From NCBI RefSeq assembly GCF_000011125.1, contig NC_000854.2:600001-632000 (forward strand): a stretch of DNA of 32,000 nt, in the 5' to 3' direction. Positions 8,538 to 16,758 of this stretch are shown here, piece after piece (the stretch's first letter is position 1; the number at the start of each line of letters is the position of its first letter). Source of the stretch: Aeropyrum pernix K1 (lineage in GTDB: Archaea > Thermoproteota > Thermoprotei_A > Sulfolobales > Acidilobaceae). The notes under the pieces are model-generated. The model was not told the origin of the DNA. It made no database searches and saw only the letters and a list, made by a program, of their open reading frames with translations. The translations under genes were made by a program, and so were the position numbers.

Positions 8538-9422
8538 CTACACGGGCTCCATGTAGACCCCTTTTTTACAGTTCTCCTCAACAGTCTCATACACACTCCT
8601 ATCGTACTCCAGGGGCCTCCGCTGCCCCGAGGCAGCTGCCAGAAGCCACTCCTCAACCCCCGAGAGCCTCGCAGGGATGACTATCGAGTAGACACCCCCC
8701 TCCACATCCGCCGTAGACAGCCTCTCGAGGCTACTCCAGTACAGCACCCTATGCCCCCCGCCAGCCCCCGCTTCTACAAGTACCGAGGGGAGTCTAGCCA
8801 GCAGGGCTGGGGCACCAGCCTCGCGGGCGTATTCCCTGTCCGCCTCTAGTAGTAGACTGACCCCCTGGCCCGGGCTCAGCTGTACACCCCTCTCGTCGAC
8901 GTCCAGTAGGGCTGTGGTGTGTAGGCCTGCGCATAAGTTCAGGTATATCCTTCTAGCAACGCTGATGGGGGTCACGCCCCTCCAGGGTCCGGGCAGGGTT
9001 ACCGTGCCCCCGAACCTGTAGAAGCTCAGCATGGTTGCACCCCGAGCGGCCTGGACGCCGCTCACACCGGGGATGTATCTAACCGCCACCCCGGCCTCTA
9101 GAGCCTCTGCAGCCAGGCTCGAGTGGGTGGTGGCTACCATTGGATCGCCCGCCGTGACCACGGCGACCACGGCATCCAAGGCCCTCGACACTATTTCCCT
9201 CGACCTCTCTTCCAGATCCCTCCTCGACGCCTCAACAACCCTAGCCTCCCCCGCAGCCTCGACGACACTCTTGTAGAGCCAGCTGGAGCCTGGCATGGTG
9301 TATGACTCTACATAGACAACGTCAGCCCTCCGCACAGCATCAAGCGCTTCGAGCGTCTGCATACCCGGCGCGTAGCCCCAGCCCACTAGGAGAAGCGTCA
9401 CGGCCTCCCTCCCTCTAGCCAC
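8538..9422 (-). CDS. dphB: Diphthine synthase (tetrapyrrole-methylase fold)
   Basis: LLLVGWGYAPGMQTLEALDAVRRADVVYVESYT, TAGDPMVATTHSSL, IPGVSGVQAA and HTTALLDV are characteristic DphB/Dph5 blocks. GTG start. Confidence 0.88.
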   Translation of the reverse strand: MARGREAVTLLLVGWGYAPGMQTLEALDAVRRADVVYVESYTMPGSSWLYKSVVEAAGEARVVEASRRDLEERSREIVSRALDAVVAVVTAGDPMVATTHSSLAAEALEAGVAVRYIPGVSGVQAARGATMLSFYRFGGTVTLPGPWRGVTPISVARRIYLNLCAGLHTTALLDVDERGVQLSPGQGVSLLLEADREYAREAGAPALLARLPSVLVEAGAGGGHRVLYWSSLERLSTADVEGGVYSIVIPARLSGVEEWLLAAASGQRRPLEYDRSVYETVEENCKKGVYMEPV

Positions 9423-10378
9423 TTCTCCATGGCCGCAGCTCTCCTAGGGCTAATCCTAATGGGTATTAGGTGGCTGCCGTCGCAGCTTTCAGCATTGAAC
9501 CACTCCCTGCCCGTAAACCCTTCCCTGCAGGTGGCGTACTCGAGCCCCAGCCTCGCAGCCTCCTCTATGACCGGCTTCAATAGCCTCCTCCTCACCTCCT
9601 CGGGGAGGTATATGTAGCCGTGCATATAGACTCCCCTCTCCCTGTAGAGCCTGTACAGCCTCTCCCCCTCCGCCCCTAGGGCCCGCCGCATCCTGGAAAG
9701 GTTATCTGGCCTCGCCTTATAGGTGCTGGTCACGATAAACCTTACCCCAGCCTCCGCCAGGCGGCCTACTAGCTCCTTAAGCTCGTGTGGATCGTCGTTG
9801 ACATAGGGTATGACAGGGTCAACCCTTACACCGACGGGCACGCCACTCCTGACGGCGGCTGCCGCGGCCGCTATCCTCTCGTCCTGACCCGGTGCACCCG
9901 GCTCCACAGCCCTGAGCAGGCTGTTCCCGCCCAGCCCGGTTATCGAGGGGGTTATGGCTGCGTTAGCCCTGGATAGAATGTCCAGGTCCCTCCAGGCGTA
10001 TAGGGTCCCCTTAGTGGTTATCAATAGTCTATAGCCACGGGGGGCTAGGACCTCCAGGGCACGCCTCGTGAGGCCCAGCTTCTCCTCCTCCGGCGGGTAG
10101 GGGTCGCTAGAGGTCCCTATGTTCACCAGCGCCCCTGGGGGGATTCTGCCCAGGTCCCTCTCAAGCCTTCCAACAAGCCTCCTCTTGGGGGTAGAGGGTT
10201 TGACCCCTATGTAGGCGGTTGCGTAGCAGTATCTACAGCCTATGCTGCAGCCGGTGTAGGGGTTGAGGCTGTATTTGAAGGGGCAGACACACAGGGGGCT
10301 ATTCCACGGGTCGAAAACGCTGAGGACGCCAAGCCTAAGGCCGCCGCTCCCCCCATTCAAGGCAATCCTCTCCCACAT
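9398..10378 (-). CDS. Radical SAM protein (SplB-like / COG1533-like)
   Basis: CxxxCxxC cluster motif CSIGCRYCYA near the N-terminus with a TIM-barrel-like remainder. Its 3' end overlaps the dphB start by 25 nt on the same strand. Confidence 0.8.
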   Translation of the reverse strand: MWERIALNGGSGGLRLGVLSVFDPWNSPLCVCPFKYSLNPYTGCSIGCRYCYATAYIGVKPSTPKRRLVGRLERDLGRIPPGALVNIGTSSDPYPPEEEKLGLTRRALEVLAPRGYRLLITTKGTLYAWRDLDILSRANAAITPSITGLGGNSLLRAVEPGAPGQDERIAAAAAAVRSGVPVGVRVDPVIPYVNDDPHELKELVGRLAEAGVRFIVTSTYKARPDNLSRMRRALGAEGERLYRLYRERGVYMHGYIYLPEEVRRRLLKPVIEEAARLGLEYATCREGFTGREWFNAESCDGSHLIPIRISPRRAAAMEKWLEGGRP

Positions 10379-10417
10379 GAATAGTCTTTAGACCCGGGGG
10401 CCAGGTATATTTGTCGG

Positions 10418-10505
10418 GCGCGGCCTGTGAAGAACGATGGGCAGCCCCAAACCCCCGTGGGCGCGGACACGGGGGGTGAGGAGGCCTTGTACGCCGAGGC
10501 CGCGC
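10418..10505. ncRNA. Candidate structured small RNA (strand unresolved)
   Basis: Perfect 9-bp closing helix gcgcggcct(10418-10426)/aggccgcgc(10497-10505) encloses a perfect 8-bp hairpin cccccgtg(10452-10459)/cacggggg(10468-10475). It lies in a 279-nt divergent intergenic gap. A TTTAAAA box about 22 nt beyond the 10505 end would suit minus-strand transcription. Confidence 0.3.
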
Positions 10506-10657
10506 ATACAACCTCAGGTTGGCAGTGTTTTAAACCCCCTGCTTCTATACAGTTAAATCTGGCTGCCGGGAGGAGGTGTTGAGGCTTAAGGATTTCCGTT
10601 GGGGGGCTTCTCTTCGGTGCTGCTATAGGCTGGATACTCTCGGTTACCGCGTTTATA

Positions 10658-11482
10658 GTGTCGAGCATTGTAACCCTCCAGACGGGCCTGATATACCTGG
10701 TGGCCTCCTCATTCGCGGTAGGCGTGATAGCCGGCTATCTAGTCTACATGAGGCTTCTCAGGTGGTTCTCCAGCAAGGTTGAGGAGATCGAGCAGGACTT
10801 CCTCCTCTCGGCCTTGCCTCGCAGGCCCGACTCTCCAGGAGGTAAAACGCTCTACGCGAGGGCCGGAAGCCTGGCCATGGCCCCGGAGTCGCCCTTGGAG
10901 GCCTTCCCGGGCGGTGAGGACCTCGGCATAGCCGGGGGGTTTGAGGATGTAGAGAGGCTCGAGGAGGCCCTCTTCAAGGTATGGGCCCTGGTTAAGACTA
11001 TAGTTGAAGGGGCTATTGGTAGGAGGTTTGAGGCTGTAATTATAGTGGCCGACGACGACGAGTACGGCGGAGTGCCCGTGGCTATATACCCCGAGACGAG
11101 TGTAGCCTACGTCGACGACGATATCCCGGGCGACGAGGTGAGCGTGGTGATAGAGGGGTCCACCGTCAGCGTCGTACTGCCTCTAAGCGTATACAAGGTG
11201 CTGGTCGACGTAGTGGAGGACGGCGAAACAGCTACAGTAAAGAGCATCCGCCAGGCCAAGACGCTCTACTCGATAGCAAAGAAGATAGCATCCTCCAGCT
11301 CGGGAGACGAGAGGATAGCAGCGTACATAGCCTACAAGACCCTAGTAAACCTGTCGAAGAAAGGCGTGGTCAGGTTCGAAGGGTCAACGCTAGATAGCAT
11401 ACCATTCGAAAACGACGAGCTAAGGCTAAAAATAAAGGAGCAGGTCAGGCTAGAGAGCGACAGCACAGGGATAAGGATGTAA
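10658..11482 (+). CDS. Hypothetical membrane-anchored protein (274 aa), acidic ectodomain/cytoplasmic domain
   Basis: Long ORF with one N-terminal TM helix (LIYLVASSFAVGVIAGYLVY). The rest is acidic and beta-rich (VADDDEYGGVPVAIYPETSVAYVDDDIPGDEVSVVIEG). No family recognised. Confidence 0.55.
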   Translation: MSSIVTLQTGLIYLVASSFAVGVIAGYLVYMRLLRWFSSKVEEIEQDFLLSALPRRPDSPGGKTLYARAGSLAMAPESPLEAFPGGEDLGIAGGFEDVERLEEALFKVWALVKTIVEGAIGRRFEAVIIVADDDEYGGVPVAIYPETSVAYVDDDIPGDEVSVVIEGSTVSVVLPLSVYKVLVDVVEDGETATVKSIRQAKTLYSIAKKIASSSSGDERIAAYIAYKTLVNLSKKGVVRFEGSTLDSIPFENDELRLKIKEQVRLESDSTGIRM

Positions 11483-11503
11483 AGGGAGACGACCGCTCAT
11501 CGG

Positions 11504-11520
11504 AACCGTGCCTTCATGTA
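11504..11520 (+). repeat. 17-nt motif aaccgtgccttcatgta, copy 1 (start of a ~160-nt repeated intergenic element)
   Basis: Identical 17-mer at 24971-24987. Both copies start 21-23 nt after the stop codon of a plus-strand gene. Colinear secondary blocks occur at +77/+69 (ggggc..ctacgg..ggggctt) and +142/+137 (gcttcaaRcctt(g)ataa). Confidence 0.7.
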
Positions 11521-11828
11521 CTGAACCATAGCTTCCCCCTATTTAGCACGTCTGGATTAATCCCATCTTCTTCGCTTACAGGGGCTACGGGGGCTTGGCT
11601 CTCCTCACCCAACTAGAGGCACATAATACCTGCCCGCCAATCCGGGCTTCAAACCTTGATAATAGATATAATATTAGTGCTAAGCCTTTCTTCAGATATC
11701 TATCACAAGCCTCTTGTTCTGATAGAAATCCCGCCCAACCGTAGAGAGATTCCGGCTCCTCACTTAGGAAAACGTATTCTAACGATCCAGCTCCTCATCT
11801 ACCGCCGGGTCTATAGTACATGAGAGGA

Positions 11829-11930
11829 GGCCCTCCGGGCTACCTGGGGGTGAGCAGTCGCGGCACCTCCTCACACCCCCTGGGGTTAGAGAGGCTCGGC
11901 ATATAGCCCGTCGTGCATCCCCGGAGGGCC
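11829..11930. ncRNA. Candidate structured RNA (strand unresolved)
   Basis: Perfect 11-bp helix ggccctccggg(11829-11839)/cccggagggcc(11920-11930) encloses a 7-bp hairpin gggggtg(11846-11852)/caccccc(11874-11880). GC-rich island inside an otherwise AT-rich 499-nt gap. Confidence 0.3.
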
Positions 11931-11981
11931 CATTTAATAGTTAATCAGCGGGGGCATGTTTGAGCCTTGCCCTTGGAGGTT

Positions 11982-12995
11982 TTAGAGCTGGCCTGTGAGG
12001 TATAGGTGGACCTTCTGGGCGGCGTCTAGCCCTGATTTGAGGGCTTTGCCTATGAGGCTGGGGCCGTGTCTCACGTCTCCGCTTGCGAAGACGCCTTTCC
12101 TGGTTGTCATGAAGTTCTCGTCAGTCTTTATTGTTCCGTCGGGGTTTAGCTCTATGCCGCAGCAGCCGTTGTTGAAGGGTGGTGTGGGCACCTCGCCTAT
12201 GGCTAGTAGCGCCCAGTCGAACTCTGCCTCGAATTCGCTGCCCTCAATGGGGACGGGCTTCGGCCTGCCCGAGTCGCTGGCCTTTAGCTCCATCCTCACG
12301 AACTTCACAACCTTCCTCCCCCCCTCCTCGTAGAACGCTATCGGCTGGGTTAGCTCCCAGGCCTCGGCCCCCATTTTTATGAGCCTCTCGAACTCGTTCT
12401 TCCTCATGGGAGCGTAGTCCCTCGTCCTCCTGTAGCTCAGCACAACCTTCTCGACTCCATCCTTGAACTCGGGGTATGTTAGGGGCACGTGGACGGCGTC
12501 TGCCGCTGTGAGCCCGCCGCCCACAACTAGTATACGCCCCCCGACCTTCGGGACCTTCGCCCAGGGTAGGTAGCCGTACCTGGCCATGTGGACTTCAACC
12601 AGCCAGTCGGCAGCGGGGAGAACCCATGGCAGGTCCTCGCCGGGCGCTCCCAGCCTCCTGGGCTTCCAGGTCCCTGTTGCTATGAGGACGGCGTCGCTCG
12701 CCTTGATTATGTCCTCCAGGCTTATGTCCCTGCCGACCTTGTTGTTAAGGATTATCCGGGCACCTCCTTCCACGAGCTCCCTCACGCTCTTCCTAATATT
12801 ATCCTTCGGTATACGGTCGTCTGGTATGCCGAACATCATCATGCCGCCGGGCTCTGGCATCATGTCGTAGACGACGACCTCGTGGCCCCTGCATCTGAGG
12901 AAACCGGCCGCACCGAGCCCTGCAGGGCCGGCTCCTATGATGGAGACTGTCTTACCGGTAGAGGGGGGTATCTCCTTGCATCTCAGGAACTTCAT
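11982..12995 (-). CDS. GltD-like NAD(P)H-dependent FAD oxidoreductase (glutamate synthase small-subunit family, lacking the N-terminal Fe-S domain)
   Basis: IIGAGPAGLGAAGFL...VVVYDMMPEPGGMMMFGIPDDRIPK, LIATGTWKPRRLGAPGEDL, VVGGGLTAADA and GVFASGDV are GltD/SudA-type blocks. At 337 aa it is shorter than canonical GltD. Confidence 0.8.
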   Translation of the reverse strand: MKFLRCKEIPPSTGKTVSIIGAGPAGLGAAGFLRCRGHEVVVYDMMPEPGGMMMFGIPDDRIPKDNIRKSVRELVEGGARIILNNKVGRDISLEDIIKASDAVLIATGTWKPRRLGAPGEDLPWVLPAADWLVEVHMARYGYLPWAKVPKVGGRILVVGGGLTAADAVHVPLTYPEFKDGVEKVVLSYRRTRDYAPMRKNEFERLIKMGAEAWELTQPIAFYEEGGRKVVKFVRMELKASDSGRPKPVPIEGSEFEAEFDWALLAIGEVPTPPFNNGCCGIELNPDGTIKTDENFMTTRKGVFASGDVRHGPSLIGKALKSGLDAAQKVHLYLTGQL

Positions 12996-13012
12996 CCGGA
13001 CAGCACCCCTGC

Positions 13013-13020
13013 TTTATATA
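13013..13020 (-). promoter_or_regulatory. TATA box for the GltD-like gene (leaderless-type spacing)
   Basis: The minus strand reads tatataaa, centred about 22 nt upstream of the ATG at 12995. Confidence 0.45.
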
Positions 13021-13139
13021 GTGTGGTATATGCTCTTTCTATACCAACCAATATTTGCGGGGGAGAGTGTATTTAAACTGGGTGTAGAGCCGCCGAGGAT
13101 TCGCGCCGGCCCAGTACCTGTGCAGTATATTTTAACGTT

Positions 13140-13880
13140 TCATAGGGAGCGGGCTAGCCTGTAGAATCTGAGCGCGTGGAGGGGGGAGACGAGGAGGGGG
13201 TTTAGCAGCTTAAGCCTCACTCCCCCCAGGCTCTCGAGGACCTCAGACCACCTATCTCCGGCTGCCTCCCTGTAGCTGCTTAGGGCGGCCTCTACAAACC
13301 TCCATTTCAGGGGTGATGCCAGTGTGATGGTGGTTGCTGCCAGGACTAGGAGGTCCCATGCAGCCTTCTGGGGCGTGTAGTCGTCCGCCTGCTCGAAGTC
13401 CACTAGCCAGGCTTCGCCTAGGCTGTATATGAAGTTGCCCGGGTTGGGATCCCCGAGCACCATGCCCAGGCTGAAGTGGAGCCTTGCGAGGCCAGAGCCT
13501 AAAGCCTTCCACGCATCCTCGTCTAGACTATTGGACACTGGCTCGCCATCAACGTACTCTCGGATGAGGAGAGGCTTCTCGCCTATGCAGTAGGCCACTA
13601 TCCTGGGGACGGGGTAAGCGCCCCTGAGGCTGCGGTACCATTTTAGCTCGTTCCTCAGCCTCCCCTCCGGGCTGTAGATGTACCTGTAGACGGGGGCGTA
13701 GGGTAGGGTGATGAGCCACTTAACACCCTTCCTAGAATAGTCTTTGACGACGAGGTCCTCGCCCCTGCAGCTGCATAGCAGGCTTGAGGTTGTCAGCCCC
13801 GACCCCCTGCAGCTGCACTCTCTCAAGATCCTATGTACTAGTCCGCAGTCCTCCTCCGGCTCGACAGGTCCTCCAGCCAA
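13140..13880 (-). CDS. Bud32/RIO-like atypical protein-kinase-fold protein
   Basis: Colinear with Bud32. Gly-rich start RGSGLTTSSL, VVKDY (Lys), LIREYVDGEPV hinge, LARLH...LGDPNPGNFIY (catalytic loop with H-x-D changed to L-G-D), LVDFEQA (DFG-like), KAAWDLLVL. The annotated start overlaps the upstream gene by 43 nt. TTG at 13826 would remove the overlap. Confidence 0.55.
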   Translation of the reverse strand: MAGGPVEPEEDCGLVHRILRECSCRGSGLTTSSLLCSCRGEDLVVKDYSRKGVKWLITLPYAPVYRYIYSPEGRLRNELKWYRSLRGAYPVPRIVAYCIGEKPLLIREYVDGEPVSNSLDEDAWKALGSGLARLHFSLGMVLGDPNPGNFIYSLGEAWLVDFEQADDYTPQKAAWDLLVLAATTITLASPLKWRFVEAALSSYREAAGDRWSEVLESLGGVRLKLLNPLLVSPLHALRFYRLARSL

Positions 13881-14140
13881 CCCAACCCCCTGCGCCAGAC
13901 AGTCTCGCCCCTTGGCCCTCTAATCTCAACTATCCTGTGGAGGGGTATTGAGTCTCCGTTAACCAGGTGCACCGCCCACTTGTCAACCCTTGCGACGCTC
14001 TCGAGCCTAGCCTCCCTGAGGACCTCGCCAACCCCCTCCACCCTGTGCCTGTAGACTATACTGTAGTCCCCCCTGTCCTCGAGGGGGTAGTTTAGTACGC
14101 GTCTAACAGCCTCGTATATGTCGCTCCTACGCCTCCCCAC
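13838..14140 (-). CDS. DUF504 / UPF0248 family protein (MJ1316-type domain)
   Basis: About 100 aa with the family pattern YSIVYRHR...IPLHRIVEIRGPRGETVWRR (IP-x-HRI...vW-R). Confidence 0.65.
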   Translation of the reverse strand: MGRRRSDIYEAVRRVLNYPLEDRGDYSIVYRHRVEGVGEVLREARLESVARVDKWAVHLVNGDSIPLHRIVEIRGPRGETVWRRGLGWLEDLSSRRRTAD

Positions 14141-15155
14141 CCTGCCCCGCCTCCCTGCATAGTATCCTTGCTAGGTCCTCCCGGGAGGGGTGCTTCTCGA
14201 GATAGCCCGAGTAGAACGCCCTTCCACCACCCTCACCGCCGTACCAGTATGGGGAGGCCTTCTCAACAGCGCTCGCCAGCCCCCCCGGCCCACTGGCTAG
14301 GGAGAACACGCGCTGGCCGCCGCAGCGGTTCACCCCGTAGACGAAAACCGGCTCCCCCAGCCTAGACCAGAGAACCCTAGCCACCCTCTTATGTATAAAC
14401 CCGTTGTAGTCAAGCCTCCCCACCCTCCACCCGCAGACCCTATCGCCCCCTCCCTCCAGGGACGAGGCCAGCTCGTCCGCCTCAAAATCCTCCTGCGCCC
14501 TAAGGCTGGCTAGCATAGCATCCTCGAAAGCAGACTTAGCGGGCTCGGCAGTATCGTAGCTGAAGAGCCTTGGGTACCATGAGGCCGCCTCCATCTTACA
14601 GGCCTCCTCAACACCCTCCAGGTTAGACGCTATAGCCTCCGGTATCCAGTAGTCCGTCGAGGGGTCGAGCCCGGCCTCCTCCATGAACCTCCTGTACAGC
14701 ATGTTACCCCTGGAGGCGTCCCAGGCGACGGAGACCATGCTGGCAGCGGCCATGAGGGGGTGGTAGTCGCCAGCCCCTATGGAGAGCTTGGAGTCTATCG
14801 ATAAGGCGTCGGGCACGCCGGGGTCGAGTACTATTGCGTGCCTGACACCGGAGGTCCTCCTGTAGAGCAGGGCGTAGGTGCTGGCCGCCTCGACACCCCC
14901 CTCGGGCACGACGCCGAGGTACAGGGCGAGGTCGAACCTCTCGCCGGGAGCCTCTATACGCGCCCTCCACCCGGCCACGGGCTTCAAAACAGCTTCATCC
15001 CTCGCCTGGGGCTTTAGCAGTCTCATGACGTGGTATGCCGAGATTATCCCGTCAGGGTTCATGAGGTAGACTATCAGAACCCTACCCCCCGCCTCCAGGG
15101 TTTTTAGGAGGCCTGTGAAGTCCTTCGTGTACACTGTCATGACGCTGCAGCCCAA
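14127..15155 (-). CDS. Hypothetical protein with weak, degenerate DHH/DHHA1 (RecJ/Cdc45-like) resemblance
   Basis: RVLIVYLMNPDGIISAYHVMRLL resembles DHH motif I-II with one Asp missing. AIVLDPGV sits where I-D-H-H would be. GGEGGGRAFYSGY sits where DHHA1 GGGH..AAG would be. Assignment by eye only. Confidence 0.3.
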   Translation of the reverse strand: MGCSVMTVYTKDFTGLLKTLEAGGRVLIVYLMNPDGIISAYHVMRLLKPQARDEAVLKPVAGWRARIEAPGERFDLALYLGVVPEGGVEAASTYALLYRRTSGVRHAIVLDPGVPDALSIDSKLSIGAGDYHPLMAAASMVSVAWDASRGNMLYRRFMEEAGLDPSTDYWIPEAIASNLEGVEEACKMEAASWYPRLFSYDTAEPAKSAFEDAMLASLRAQEDFEADELASSLEGGGDRVCGWRVGRLDYNGFIHKRVARVLWSRLGEPVFVYGVNRCGGQRVFSLASGPGGLASAVEKASPYWYGGEGGGRAFYSGYLEKHPSREDLARILCREAGQGGEA

Positions 15156-15180
15156 ACCATTAGACGGTCGGGAGGGAATA

Positions 15181-15984
15181 TTATGTGTCCCCTCTAAACC
15201 TCCTCCCGCCCAGCCTGGTGGAGAGGATGACGTAGGCCAGGGCGACAGCGAGGGACACAGCTAGGAGCACCATGGTTATTGCGGCCAGGTAGCTGAAGCT
15301 TGAGAACTCGGAGAGCCCCGGCCTCCTGGCCCTGTTCCAGAGTAGTATTGGTATGGTCTCTATGCCTGGGCCTCTGGTGAAGAGTGTTTTTATGAAATCG
15401 GTGAAGCTGAGGATGAACGCGAGGGTGAAGCCCGCGTAGATGGCGGGGGCTGCGAGGGGTATGGTGATTGTTACCAGCGTCCTAGCCGGTGTAGCGCCAA
15501 GGGTCCTCGCAGCATCCTCCAGGCTGGAGGACCTCTGCAGCGCTGGGGCCGCGACGACGTAGACGTAGGCTATGTTGAAAGCCGTGTGGCCTATGACCAC
15601 GGTCTTCAACCCGAGATCGACATCCAGAGCGGTTAGGAAGAGCAGCAGGGCGGCAGCCTCAGCTATCTCCGGGAGCACCAGGGGGGGATACATTATAGCG
15701 TCAACCAGACCCACCTTTCCATGCCTCCTCACGGCCAGGCCCGCGGCGACGCCCAGGAGAGTGCTCGACACCGCGCTGGCGGCCGCTATGGCCAGGCTGT
15801 TATACGCTGCAGCATGGAGCCTCTCATCCCCCATCATCATGCCATACCACTTCAGTGTGAGCCCCTCCCACACCCCTATGTAGGGGCTGGAGTTGAGGCT
15901 CTGCAGCGCGAGGAGGGCTATGGGGAGGTACATTATAGCGAGGATTGCGTATGTAGCAGCCCTTGAGGGCGTAACCCGGGTCAT
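15181..15984 (-). CDS. ABC transporter permease (PotC-like, binding-protein-dependent transport inner-membrane component)
   Basis: Six-TM-type hydrophobic protein with EAA-like loop SLEDAARTLGATPARTLVTITIPLAAPA. Operon context with a PotA/B/D-like set. Confidence 0.8.
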   Translation of the reverse strand: MTRVTPSRAATYAILAIMYLPIALLALQSLNSSPYIGVWEGLTLKWYGMMMGDERLHAAAYNSLAIAAASAVSSTLLGVAAGLAVRRHGKVGLVDAIMYPPLVLPEIAEAAALLLFLTALDVDLGLKTVVIGHTAFNIAYVYVVAAPALQRSSSLEDAARTLGATPARTLVTITIPLAAPAIYAGFTLAFILSFTDFIKTLFTRGPGIETIPILLWNRARRPGLSEFSSFSYLAAITMVLLAVSLAVALAYVILSTRLGGRRFRGDT

Positions 15985-16758
15985 TCACAACACCCTGTAA
16001 GCCTGCCTGAAGACCAGGTAGGCCGCCGCCGCGCTAAGCAGGGTCACCATAAGGGTCACGGCGCTGCCGAGATCCCACCTGTCGCCGGAGAGTATGAGGT
16101 GGTATATGAGGCTGCCGACGGTGAACCCCGTGGTTCCTCCTAGGAGGCTGGGCACGACGTAGTCTGTGAAGCTTATGAGGAATACCACGACGAAGCCTGC
16201 CGCCAGCCAGGGGAGGGCGAGGGGAGCGACAACGCTCCTGTAAACCTCAAGCCTCCCCGCCCCTAGGGTCCTGGCAGCTTCCACTAGGCTCCTGGAGACG
16301 CCGCTAACACCCGCGAAGGCAAACAGTATGCCCAGGGGCAGGTTCTCATACACCAGCCCTATGAAAGTCGCAGTCCACCCAGGCTTCACGCCGACCAGGG
16401 TTAGGACCAGCTTTATGCTGAGAGTCCTGAGCAGCACATCAACTATGAAGGGCGAGACGAAGAGGGCCAGAAGCACTATCCTCTCCCGCCCCCCAGCCTC
16501 AAGGGCTATATAGTAGCTGGGGACTAGGGCTAGGAGCATCACGGCGAGAGCCGTGGCGGCGGCCACAGCAGCGCTGTTTGCAATCACCACGTAATAGTGG
16601 GGCCTGGTGAGGACCTCCAGATACGGCCCCAGGAAACCCTCCTCCCCGCTGTACACTGCGAGGTAGGCTAGGGGGGCGTAGAAGAAGGCGAGCAGGTAGA
16701 GGGCCGCGGGGGCCGCCAGGAGGGCCGTATAGCCTGCTATGCTACTCGAGCGCAACAT
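15985..16758 (-). CDS. ABC transporter permease (PotB-like)
   Basis: EAA loop SLVEAARTLGAGRLEVYRSVVAPLALP. Abuts the PotC-like gene with no gap. Confidence 0.8.
   Translation of the reverse strand: MLRSSSIAGYTALLAAPAALYLLAFFYAPLAYLAVYSGEEGFLGPYLEVLTRPHYYVVIANSAAVAAATALAVMLLALVPSYYIALEAGGRERIVLLALFVSPFIVDVLLRTLSIKLVLTLVGVKPGWTATFIGLVYENLPLGILFAFAGVSGVSRSLVEAARTLGAGRLEVYRSVVAPLALPWLAAGFVVVFLISFTDYVVPSLLGGTTGFTVGSLIYHLILSGDRWDLGSAVTLMVTLLSAAAAYLVFRQAYRVL

Noticed and set aside
10418-10505. Specific assignment of the nested-helix element as an H/ACA guide RNA
   Set aside because: ACA triplets follow the outer helix on both strands, but I could not find a K-turn or K-loop (tandem GA) in the upper hairpin. 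It is kept only as a generic structured-RNA candidate.
10576-10782. 68-aa ORF preceded by a strong GGAGGAGGTG site, overlapping the start of the 274-aa ORF in another frame
   Set aside because: The product is Arg/Gly/Cys-rich with no features. The 274-aa frame is much longer and has a clean TM helix. An upstream leader peptide cannot be fully excluded.
12588-13076. Long antisense ORFs inside well-supported genes (for example 12588-13076, 29175-29762, 718-1068, 2526-2855, 23635-23988)
   Set aside because: These are typical shadow ORFs of a GC-rich genome. They have skewed Arg/Pro/Ser/Gly composition, and each lies opposite a gene with clear family motifs.
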